The notes below the pieces were generated by a model. It had not been told where the DNA came from, ran no database searches, and was given only the letters and a program-made list of their open reading frames with translations. 64,000 bases of DNA from Octopus sinensis. Lineage: Eukaryota. Positions 13,003 through 26,315 of this stretch are shown one piece after another; within the stretch, counting starts at the first letter, position 1; each line of letters starts with the position of its first letter. Position numbers and translations under genes: made by a program. Where the stretch lies: assembly GCF_006345805.1 (NCBI RefSeq), contig NC_043025.1, positions 8,184,001-8,248,000 on the forward strand, read 5' to 3'.

Positions 13003-16000
13003 GTATATGTATATATATACATATATATATGTATATGTATATATATACATATATATATATATATTATTATTATTATATTATTATTATTATATTATTATTA
13101 TTATTATTAATATTAAGATTAATAACAATATCTTTGAAAATACATGTCAGCACAACATTACCAAGGTAATCAAAATGGTGAAATTCCAACTGAACATCTG
13201 AAAACATTTTAGCTGTTAATAAACGCTAACAAAACGGAACGCCTAAATCAAATTCAACTTAAGCCATCCATCCATTTAACCAATAGCAACATCATTGAAT
13301 AACTAATTTATTTTATAAAAATAAAAGCTAAAGAATACCATACTGATTCTATATTTTTTGACAATTTGAAATCTACATAGAAAAATAACCTAAAAAAATT
13401 TTTTGAAATGATCTAAAAAATGAGCATTTTTATATACAACTAGCAGTATCGCGCACTAATACCCAGAGGGGCTCGATATGAATCACGACTATAAGATACC
13501 CGGTTTTGGTTAAACTGCACCGCAAAATGTGGGAGTAGTTAGGAATCTAAATCATAGGAGACAGACACACAACTTCACTTTTATATATAAAGACTAGCAG
13601 TATAGTATCGCCGGCGTTGCTCGGGTTTGTAAGGGAAATAACTATATAAGCATTTTTAGAGAGTTATAGCCAAAAAATAGCAAAAAAATGCATTACAAAT
13701 GGAATAAAAAATGATGGTAATTTTTTTTAAAATCGTTGACTCATCGTTGACATTTTTAGAGAGTTATTTCCCTTATATAATAGCGAAAAAATGCATTAAA
13801 ATGGAAAAAATTATGGTAAATTATTTTTTAAATCGTAGACTCATCGTAGACACGCGCTAATACCCAGAAGGGCTCGATATGAATCACGACTATAAGATAC
13901 CCGGTTTTGGTTAAACTGCACCGCAAAATGTGGGAGTAGTTAGCAATCTAAATCATAGGAGACAGACACACAACTTCACTTTTATATATAAAGACTAGCA
14001 GTATCGCCCGGCGTTGCTCGGGTTTGTAAGGGAAATAACTATATAAGCATTTTTAGAGAGTTATAGCCAAAAAATGCAGCAAAAAATGCATTACAAATGG
14101 AAAAAAAATGATGGTAATTTTTTTTTAATCGTTGACTCATCGTTGACATTTTTAGAGAGTTACTTCCCTTATATAATAGCGAAAAAATGCATTAAAATGG
14201 AAAAAATTATGGTAAATTATTTTTTAAATCGTAGACTCATCGTAGACACGCGCTAATACCCAGAAGGGCTCGATATGAATCACAACTATAAGATACCCGG
14301 TTTTGGTTAAACTGCACCACAAAATGTGGGAGTAGTTAGGAATCTAAATCATAGGAGACAGACACACAACTTCACTTTTATATATAAAGACTAGCAGTAT
14401 CGCCCGGCGTTGCTCGGGTTTGTAAGGGAAATAACTATATAAGCATTTTTAGAGAGTTATAGCCAAAAAATAGCAAAAAAATGCATTACAAATGGAATAA
14501 AAAATGATGGTAATTTTTTTTTAAATCGTTGACTCATCGTTGACATTTTTAGAGAGTTACTTCCCTTATATAATAGCGAAAAAATGCATTAAAATGGAAA
14601 AAATTATGGTAAATTATTTTTTAAATTGTAGACTCATCGTAGACACGCGCTAATACCCAGAAGGGCTCGATATGAATCACGACTATAAGATACCCGGTTT
14701 TGGTTAAACTGCACCACAAAATGTGGGAGTAGTTAGGAATCTAAATCGTGGGAGACAGACACACAACCTCACTTTTATATATAAAGATTTGTGCAACAAC
14801 TAAAACATTCGGTTGTGCAAATTGTTTGCACAGGAAACCTGCCCTGTCTGGCGGTTTTTGCCGTTTTTGTGGATCTGTTTCAGCTTTTTTAGCGATTTCT
14901 GTTTTGGTGTCTTCAAGCCATGAAGTCGTTGTTCTAAAAGAACGCTGGTCTCCTTGACAATGCTTTACGACGTTGATTTCCTTACACTCCCTTCCCCACA
15001 GCTTCACGAGGGAGGGAAGAAGGGGGAGAAGCAACACAGGTGCAGGTGTGACCATGGACGCCAACTCCGCCGCCATCGACACACGGATAAAATATGCCTT
15101 AAAATGGAAAAAAATTATGGTAAATTATTTTTTAAATCGTAGACTCATCGTAGACGCACGCTAATACCCAGACAGGCTTGATATGAATCACGACTATAAG
15201 ATACCCGGTTTTGGTTAAACTGCACCGCAAAATGTGGGAGTAGTTAGGAATCTAAATCGTAGGAGACAGACACTCACACAACTTCACTTTTATATATATA
15301 GATTATTGATGGCATCACCAGATAACTAAAGACTAAAAACTATAGATAATAATTCTATGAAATGCTTAATAGAAAATTCATTACTTTATATCACAATAAC
15401 TAATTACCTACCGTAAATCCTCGAGTATAGTCCGCCCTTGAGTATAATACACAGGGGAATTTTAGGGGGCTGTACCTCTGAAAAACCTAAACCTTGTGCA
15501 TAATATGCACCTCTTCTCTAACTTATGTCAAGGAGGTCTATATAACGCCCTTGGTTTGTAAAAATGTATACAGTAACATCCTTTATTATTATTATTGTAT
15601 ATATAACATAATGCAAACATATAGCTTTTTTGTGCATTTTGTTTGCAGAAAATAAAGAAATAACAGTAATAACATTTAATAAATGTTGCTTACTGCAAGT
15701 TATGGATGATTCTTTTATGACTTCATTGCTTTCAGGCTTAGCTTAAGGTATTTTCACGCCCGACATCACAAAATGCGTCTGAATAAACATTGCCGGACAG
15801 CAAATAGAGACTCGGACATTGCTTAGAAAATATCTTTCATTTTTAACCTCGTATATAGTACGTATGAGGGATTTTGGGAAAAAATGCGGATTATACTTCA
15901 GGATTTATGGTATTTATTTGATATATCAAACCCTTTTACAGGAATTAACCTTCATCATCCTCATCATCATCATTTAATGTCCGCTTTCCATGCTATCATG

Positions 16001-16376
16001 TGTTGGACGATTTGACTGAGGATTGGCAAACCAGATGGCTGCACCAGGCTCCAATCTGATCTGGCAGAGTTTCTACAGCTGGATGCCCTTCCCAACGCCA
16101 ACCACTCCGAGAGTGTAGTGGGTGCTTTTACGTGCCACTGGCATGAGGGCCAGTCAAGCGGTACTGGCAATGGCCACGCTCAAAAAGTGTTTTTTATGTG
16201 CCACCTGCACAGGAGCCAGTCCAGCGGCACTGGCAATGGCCTCACTCGAATGTTTTTTTCACGTGCCACCAACACAAATACCAGTAGGGTGACGCTGGCA
16301 ACGATCAAACCCAAAAGGGCTTTATTATATTATTGAAAAATCTCATTTTTCTTATATATAAATATATATAAATAAA

Positions 16377-16457
<81 letters not shown>

Positions 16458-16667
16458 ACAATTGCAGTGTGGAAGGTGTTTGTAAGCCATTTAAGAAACA
16501 CACAAAAGCCGTTCAATTCACTTCAACATTTAAGTTTAATTTGTCATCGAACGGCTTTTGTGTGTTTCTTAAATAGCTTACAACACCTTCCATGCTGCAA
16601 TTGTTTTTGTTTCAGCACACGATCTCAGATCAAATCACTTGCTATGCAAGTACATCTTCGTAGTATA

Positions 16668-16711
<44 letters not shown>

Positions 16712-17095
16712 TGCAATATATTTTGTATAATGCCTTTGCTGTTATGTAATGGTGTAATAAAGTATTGATTGGGTATCATCTGATGGTTGATGTTGATTGA
16801 TTTAAGTATGTTTCTCCATTTTCTATTTTGTATATATATATATATATATATATAAATATATATATATAAATATATATATATTTATATATAATTAATTAAT
16901 AAGGGTGAGAGAATTAGATACTAATTTAATAGTATATCTATTCAACACCAAGTGGCCTAGTGCTACGAGAAACCTGGATTATTATAATATTTTATAACAT
17001 ATTATAATATTTTTACAAAATAAATATAAGAGAGTGGTCACTATGGTGCTAGAGTGAGCAATATAGTGACCACTCTCTTATATTATTTATATATA

Positions 17096-17184
<89 letters not shown>

Positions 17185-20070
17185 GTGATACTTACTTTGC
17201 AGATGACAAGATGTATTGGGCGTCATCACCATCAAAGTCTGTGGAAATGGCAGCCTATGCATTGTTGGCTTACAGTTACAAACACAAAATGGAAGAAAGC
17301 ATTCCCGTTCGAAACTACCTTGTCAGTCAGCGAAACAGCCACGGAGGTTTCCGTTCCACACAGGTTAGTTTATATCTGTATATATTTCAGTTTATACAGA
17401 AGTATAAATATCTTTTTTATGTATAAATATCTGTTTTCTTTCAATTGTTTCAGTCATTTGACTGCAGCCATACTGGAGCACCAGCTTGAAGTTTTTTTAA
17501 TTTTTTGGTATTTCGTTGAATTATTAGACCCCCAGTTTTTGAACATTGTACTTATTCGATCATTCACCTTTACTGAACTGCTATGTTATGGGGATATATG
17601 TTATGGGCAGACATCCATAAAATTATCAACCATCTTACAAACGATAATTCTGAGCGCCTTTTCAAACTCCACCTGTCTAACACCCGTGGACATATTTACA
17701 AAGTCAGAAAACAGCACAGCTCCCATGACTTTAGGAATCATTTTTTCACGCTGAGAGTTGCTGAAGCATGGAACAAACTGCTGGCATCAGTTGTTAGTTG
17801 TAGGAGCACTGCATCCTTCAAAACTTCCATGGTTCCTGAGATTCGCCAACACTACACCTGATTTTCTCCCCTCCATACACACACAAGCATGTATCTGACT
17901 CATACACTGTTCACTCCCCAGACATTTGTACATTACTGCTTGTACTTTATATGCACTTTCTGACAAGTTGTGGTGCACCTGAGCACTGTATACAATAATT
18001 TCATTATTATTATTATTATTAGTATTATAACTCCATCTGTCTAACACCTGTGGACATATTTACAAAGTCAGAAAACAGCACAGCTCCCATGACCTTTGGA
18101 AACATTTTTTCATGCTAAGAGTTGCTGAAGCATGAAACAAACTGCTGGCATCAGTTGTTAGTTGTAGGAGCACTGCATCTTTCAAAACTTCCATCCTTTC
18201 TGAGATTCGCCAACACTACACCTGATTTTCTCCCCTCCATACACACACAAGCATGTATCTGACTCATACACTGTTCACTTCCCAGACATTTGTACATTAC
18301 TGCTTGTACTTTATATGCACTTTCTGACAAGTTGTGGTGCACCTGAGCACTGTATACAATAATTTCATTATTATTATTATTAGTAGTATTATAAACTCCA
18401 TCTGTCTAACACCTGTGGACATATTTACAAAGTCAGAAAACAGCACAGCCCCATGACCTTTGGAAACATTTTTTCATGCTAAGAGTTGCTGAAGCATGAA
18501 ACAAACTGCTGGCTTCAGTTGTTAGTTGTAGGAGCACTGCATCCTTCAAAACTTCCATCCTTTCTGAGATTCGCCAACACTACACCTGATTTTCTCCCCT
18601 CCATACACACACAAGCATGTATCTGACTCATACACTGTTCACTTCCCAGACATTTGTACATTACTGCTTGTACTTTATATGCACTTTCTGACAAGTTGTG
18701 GTGCACCTGAGCACTGTATACAATAATTTCATTATTATTATTATTATTAGTATTATAAACTCCATCTGTCTAACACCTGTGGACATATTTACAAAGTCAG
18801 AAAACAGCACAGCTCCCATGACCTTTGGAAACATTTTTTCATGCTAAGAGTTGCTGAAGCATGAAACAAACTGCTGGCATCAGTTGTTAGTTGTAGGAGC
18901 ACTGCATCTTTCAAAACTTCCATCCTTTCTGAGATTCGCCAACACTACACCTGATTTTCTCCCCTCCATACACACACAAGCATGTATCTGACTCATACAC
19001 TGTTCACTTCCCAGACATTTGTACATTACTGCTTGTACTTTATATGCACTTTCTGACAAGTTGTGGTGCACCTGAGCACTGTATACAATATTTCATTATT
19101 ATTATTATTAGTAGTATTATAAACTCCATCTGTCTAACACCTGTGGACATATTTACAAAGTCAGAAAACAGCACAGCTCCCATGACCTTTGGAAACATTT
19201 TTTCATGCTAAGAGTTGCTGAAGCATGAAACAAACTGCTGGCTTCAGTTGTTAGTTGTAGGAGCACTGCATCCTTCAAAACTTCCATCCTTTCTGAGATT
19301 CGCCAACACTACACCTGATTTTCTCCCCTCCATACACACACAAGCATGTATCTGACTCATACACTGTTCACTTCCCAGACATTGTACATTACTGCTTGTA
19401 CTTTATATGCACTTTCTGACAAGTTGTGGTGCACCTGAGCACTGTATACAATAATTTCATTATTATTATTATATTAGTATTATAAACTCCATCTGTCTAA
19501 CACCTGTGGACATATTTACAAAGTCAGAAAACAGCACAGCTCCCATGACCTTTGGAAACATTTTTTCATGCTAAGAGTTGCTGAAGCATGAAACAAACTG
19601 CTGGCATCAGTTGTTAGTTGTAGGAGCACTGCATCCTTCAAAACTTCCATGCTTCCCGAGATTCGCCAACACTACACCTGATTTTCTCCCCTCCATACAC
19701 ACACAAGTATGTATCTGACTCATACACTGTTCACTTCCCAGACATTTGTACATTACTGCATGTACTTTATATGCACTTTCTGACAAGTTGTGGTGCACCT
19801 GAGCACTGTATACAATAATTTCATTATTATTATCAAACCAAGACTGGTTGTCAAGTTGCAGTTAGGGGACAAACACAGACACAGAGACATGAACAGTAAG
19901 CTCTAAGAGCACATGGAACTTAGATTCTCTCAAATGCCCAGGAGGGTCTTTTAAGGTTGTAGATAGTTTCTGTTACCTAGGTGACCAAATTAGCAATGGT
20001 GGAGGATGCTCTGAAAGTATTGTTTCTAGAATAAGAATAAGGTGAAGGTATATGTGCATTTGCATATGTG

Positions 20071-20104
<34 letters not shown>

Positions 20105-22198
20105 GGTGCCTGCATGCATATGTGAGAGGGAGAGAGAGGAGAGGTGGGGTGTGGGTGCATTGCCTGAAGAGTGTGTGAATGGGTGGGTATGGCTGTCGGA
20201 ATGGGTGAGGGTGGTTTTGTGTGTGTGTATGTGTGTTGGCATCTGCATGTGTGGACACAGTGGGAATGAGTATGTGCGTGTGCACATGTATGAGTGTGTG
20301 TGTGTGTGGGCACATGTATGAGTGTGTGTGTGTGTGGGCACATGTATGTGTGTGTGTGCACATGTATGTGTGTGTGTGTGTGGGCACATGTATGTGTGTG
20401 TGGGCACATGTATGTGTGTGTGTGCACATGTATGTGTGTGATGTGTGTTGGGCACATGTATGGTGTGTGTGTTGCACATGTATGTGTGGGTGTGTGTGTG
20501 GGTGGGCACATGTATGTGTGTGTGTGCACATGTAGTAGTGGGTGTGTGTGGGCAATGTATGTGTGTGTGTGCACAGGTAGTTGGTGGTGTGTGTGGGCAC
20601 ATGTATGTGTGTGTGTGCACATGTATGAGTGTGTGTGTGTGTGTGTGTGGGCACATGTATGTGTGTGTGTGCACATGTATGAGTGTGTGTGTGTGTGTGG
20701 GCACATGTATGTGTGTGTGTGCACATGTATGAGTGTGTGTGTTGTGTGTGGGCACATGTATGTGTGTGTGTGAACATGTATGAGTGTGTGTGTGTGTGTG
20801 GGCACATGTATGTGTGTGTGTGCACATGTATGAGTGTATGTGTGTGTGGGCACATGTATGAGTGTGTATGTGTGTGTGTGTGGGCACATGTATGTGTGTG
20901 TGTGCACATGTATGAGTGTGTGTGTGTGTGTGTGTGGGCACATGTATGTGTGTGTGTCTTTCTTCCTATGTTATTCTGTCACTCTCTGTATAAATTTGTG
21001 TTTGTGTGTGTGTGCACATGTATTAGTGTGTGTGTGTGTATGTGTGTGTCTATACACACATGTATGTGTGTGCATTGTATGTGTGTAGTGTGGAGGGTTG
21101 TGTATGTGGAAATATGTGTGTGTTCATGTGTGTATGTGTGTGGTGTGTGTGTGTGGTTGTGAGGGAGAGAGAGAGGTGGTATGTGGTGTGTGGTATCGGA
21201 ATATGAGATATAAAAATTAATACAAATAATTTCGGAGCCCTCCGTCGGTTACAACGACGAGGGTCCCAGCTGATCCGATCAACGGAACAGCCTGCTCGTG
21301 AAATTAACGTGCAAGGGGCTGAGCAATCCACAAACACGTGTACGTTTAACCCTTTAGTGTTTAAACCAGCCATACCAGGCCCAAATTGTCTTCCTGTTTT
21401 ATTCTCAAACCATCCAGCTCTGACCTCTCACACCTACCCTACAAAGTCATTCTAAAAATAAACAGGGACATCATCAAAATCTCAGAGTTACAAGATGCTG
21501 TACAATTAATTTAAAACAATGTAATTATTTGACAGAATAATCTGAATGCTAAAGAGTTAAGGTAGTTCTTGGAGAGATTCAGCATGACACAGAGTGTTAT
21601 AAGGCTGTCCCCTTTGAAATACTGGTACTACTCATTTTTGCCAGCTGAGGGGACTAGAGCAATGTGAAATAAAGTGTCTTGCTCAAGGACACAATGCGTC
21701 GCTGGGAATTGAACTCATGACCATACGATCATGAGCTGAATGCCCCTGACCACTAAGCCACACACCTTCACAGAATATGAATAATAAGTAGGAATAAAAT
21801 CATTAAGGAAAAAGATTATGTGAACGAATCAGTGACAGAAACAAAATTTAAAAAATAGAATAAATAAACAATAAAATGAAAATAAAATAAAAAGATTAAA
21901 ATCAACAAGTACAACAGTAAGAGAAATAAATAAATGAAAAAACAAATAAAAATAATTGAATAAAAGAATAAAGGAACAAACAATAAAAAAATTAATTTTC
22001 TTATCTTCCATTTTAAAGGGTTATAAAATTAACACACGCGCAGGAGTGGCTGTGTGGTAAGTAGCTTGCTAACCAACCACATGGTTCCGGATTCAGTCCC
22101 ACAGCATGGCATCTTGGGCAAGTGTCTTCTACTATAGCCCCGGGCCAACCGATGCCTTGTGAGTGGATTTGGTAGACGGAAACTGAAAGAAGCCTGTC

Positions 22199-22250
<52 letters not shown>

Positions 22251-22955
22251 CTGTGTTTGTCCCCCTAGCATTGCTTGACAACCGATGCTGGTGTGTTTAT
22301 GTCCCCGTTACTTAGCAGTTCGGCAAAAGAGACCAATAGAATAAGTACTGGGCTTACAAAGAATAAGTCCCGGGGTCGAGTTGCTCGATTAAAGGCGGTG
22401 CTCCAGCATGGCCGCAGTCAAATGACTGAAACAAGTAAAAGAGTAAAGAGTAAGAGAGTTATAGGAACATAAACCTTCTTCCACGAAAAGATAGCTTAAA
22501 CTGTGCTCTAAATGGAGATGTAGTAAAATCCTATTTTATGGACTCAACCATGTTCTAAAATAAGTCGAAAGTTAAGCTACTATAAATCGGCACAAACTTT
22601 CCGGACAACCCAATACACAGAAAAGCATCTCGTAGGTGTTTGGTGAACCGGTTGGCTAGCCAGCGGCCTGTCTGACCAACATAAGGTTTGTTGTAGAAAT
22701 TACACCTGATACAGTAAATAAGGTTGGAAGAAGAGCAGGAGAAGGAGTTGCTAATGTGGAGGGTGTGGTTGGATCCAGTGAGGGGGGGGGGGTGATAGTG
22801 AGGAAAGGGCAGGTGTGGCAATGGGATCTGGAGCAAGGGAAGGATCTGGGTTGGGTTGGAATGGAAGGGGAGAGGGTGCTATGGACCAGTAGATCATATA
22901 GATTACAGACATGTTTGAAAGAGGGCAAGGTGGGTTGGGCAAAATATGAAGGGTG

Positions 22956-22991
<36 letters not shown>

Positions 22992-23273
22992 GGAAAGTTT
23001 ACGAAAATAAACAAAAGACGAAGGCAGGTGGAGTACAAACAAACAAATGTATTAGTATAGCGCTCAGGAATAGAAAAAGTCATTTACATTTCGAGCCTAC
23101 GCTCTTCGACAGAAAGATACACAGAAATAAAAACAAGGAGAGAAAAAAATGCGTGTAGGAGCTAACGATCTAACATATATATGCGTGTGTGTGTGTGTCT
23201 ATCGCCCCATCTATCGATCAGCAACTGTCTGTCAGTCCGTCTATCTACCTATCTCTCTATATACATATAGAGC

Positions 23274-23308
<35 letters not shown>

Positions 23309-24559
23309 CAGGAAGGTTTATGAAAATAAACAAAAGACGAAGGCAGGTGGAATACAAACAAACAAATTTATTAGTATAGCGCTCAGGAATAGAAAAAGTC
23401 TTTTACGTTTCGAGCCTACGCTCTTCGACAGAAAGATACACAGAAATAAAAACAAGGAGAGAAAAAAAATGCATGTAGGAGCTAACGATCTATCATGGCG
23501 TATATATATATATATATATATACCGCTAAGTATTTTGCCCGATTCTGCTAACGATTCTGCCAGCTTGCTGCTTTTTAATTCTGTCCAACAAATTCTATCC
23601 AACCCATGCAAGATAGAAAAACTGGGTGGTAAAATGACTGATATGTATGTGTTTGTGTCTGTCCCACTCCAATCTGACAACTGGTGTTGGTTTGTTTATG
23701 TCCCTGTTAATGTCCCTTGGCAAAAAATGACTAATAGAATAGAAAAATAAGGACTAGGGTTACTTTGTTTGACTAAACTGTTCCCCTTCAAAATAGAGGG
23801 CCAGCATGGCTGCAGTCCAATGACTGAAACAAGGAGAAGTTAAACGATAAAATTATTTCCTTCCAGCTTTTGATTATGTGGCTTTCATCCATGACTTCTG
23901 CTTTTTTGTTTTCTTTCTTGTAGGACACTGTGATGGGTCTTGAAGCTCTGACTCAGTATGCCCTGCTTTTCAGCCAGAATGATTCCGCCGTGGATGTGAA
24001 AATAGAGACGAATGAAGGGACCGAATATTCTTTGAAACTATCACTTACGAAAACTCAACCATTCTTTATAAGAAAGATGTAAGATAAAAAAGAAACTACT
24101 ACTAATACTACCACCACCACTACTCCTATTACTGCTACTACCATCAACACTACTACTCCTGATACTACTATACCACCAACACCACTAGTACTACTACTAC
24201 CACCACCACCACCAGTACTACTACTACTACTACTACTACTATAACCATCACTACTACTACTACGACTACTATAACCATCACTACTACTACTCACTATAAC
24301 CATCACTACTACTACTACTATAACCATCACTACTATACTCACTATAACCATCACTACTACTACTATAACCATCACTACTACTACTACTACTATGACTACT
24401 ACTACTATAACCATCACTACTACTACTACGACTACTACTACGACTGCTACTACTACAACTACTACTATAACCACCATTACTACTACGACTACTATAACCA
24501 TCACTACTACTACTACTGTAACCATCACTACTACTACTATAACCATCACCACCACCACC

Positions 24560-24599
<40 letters not shown>

Positions 24600-26269
24600 T
24601 AACCATTACTACTACTACTAGTATAACTATAATCAGTACTACTACCATCCTACCACCACCATCACCACTACTACTAAATCGCAATCATCATTAATAGTGA
24701 GACAAGTTAGGACACCGAAAAATAACATCACTTAACAATCAGAGGCAGAACCTCTCTGTGGACACATGATCTGCTAGTTATGGTAATCAATATTCCCGCA
24801 AATTAATTAACAAGCGTTCCATCAGTTACAATGACCAGGGGTCCAGTTCATCCGATCAATAGAACAGACTCTCTTTTTACTTGTTTCAGTCATTTGACTG
24901 CGGCCATGCTGGAGCACCACCTTTAGTCGAGCAAATCGACCCCAGGACTTATTCTTTGTAAGCCTAGTACTTATTCTATTGGTCTCTTTTGCCGAACCAC
25001 AAGTACCAGGGACATAAACACACTGACATTGGTTGTCAAGCGATGTTGGGAGGACAAATACACACACACAAATACACACACATATACATATATATACATA
25101 TATACGACGGGCTTCTTTCAGTTTCCATCTACCAAATCCACTCACAAGGCTTTGGTCGGCCTGTGGCTATAGTAGAAGACACTTGCCTAAGGTGTCACAG
25201 TGGGACTGAACCTGGAACCATGTGGTTCGTAAGCAAGCTACTTACCACACAGCCACTCCTGCACCTATGGAACTAACGTGCAGGTGGCTGAGCACTTCAC
25301 AGAAACACATACTCTTAGTTGTAGGAAAACTGGGTGTTAAAATGACTGATATGTATGTGTTGTGTCTGTCCCACTCCAATCTGACAACTGGTGTTGGTTT
25401 GTTTATGTCCCTGTTAATGTCCTTGGCAAAAAATGACTAATAGAATAGAAAAATAAGGACTAGGGTTACTTTGTTTGACTAAACTGTTCCCCTTCAAAAT
25501 AGAGGGCCAGCATGGCTGCAGTCCAATGACTGAAACAAGGAGAAGTTAAACGATAAAATTATTTCCTTCCAGCTTTTGATTATGTGGCTTTCATCCATGA
25601 CTTCTGCTTTTTTGTTTTCTTTCTTTGTAGGACACTGTGATGGGTCTTGAAGCTCTGACTCAGTATGCCCTGCTTTTCAGCCAGAATGATTCCGCCGTGG
25701 ATGTGAAAATAGAGACGAATGAAGGGACCGAATATTCTTTTGAAACTATCACTTACGAAAACTCAACCATTCTTTATAAGAAAGATGTAAGATAAAAAAG
25801 AAACTACTACTAATACTACCACCACCACTACTCCTATTACTGCTACTACCATCAACACTACTACTCCTGATACTACTATTACCACCAACACCACTAGTAC
25901 TACTACTACCACCACCACCACCAGTACTACTACTACTACTACTACTACTATAACCATCACTACTACTACTACTACTATAACCATCACTACTACTACTCAC
26001 TATAACCATCACTACTACTACTATAACCATCACTACTACTACTCACTATAACCATCACTACTACTACTATAACCATCACTACTACTACTACTACTATGAC
26101 TACTACTACTATAACCATCACTACTACTACTACGACTACTACTACGACTGCTACTACTACAACTACTACTATAACCACCATTACTACTACGACTACTATA
26201 ACCATCACTACTACTACTACTGTAACCATCACTACTACTACTACTACTATAACCATCACCACCACCACC

Positions 26270-26315
<46 letters not shown>

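Noticed and set aside
17787-19833. Regularly spaced repeats suggestive of a CRISPR array or a repeated small gene
   Set aside because: Whole 364-bp units are repeated with no unique spacers; they derive from a LINE 3' end in eukaryotic DNA.
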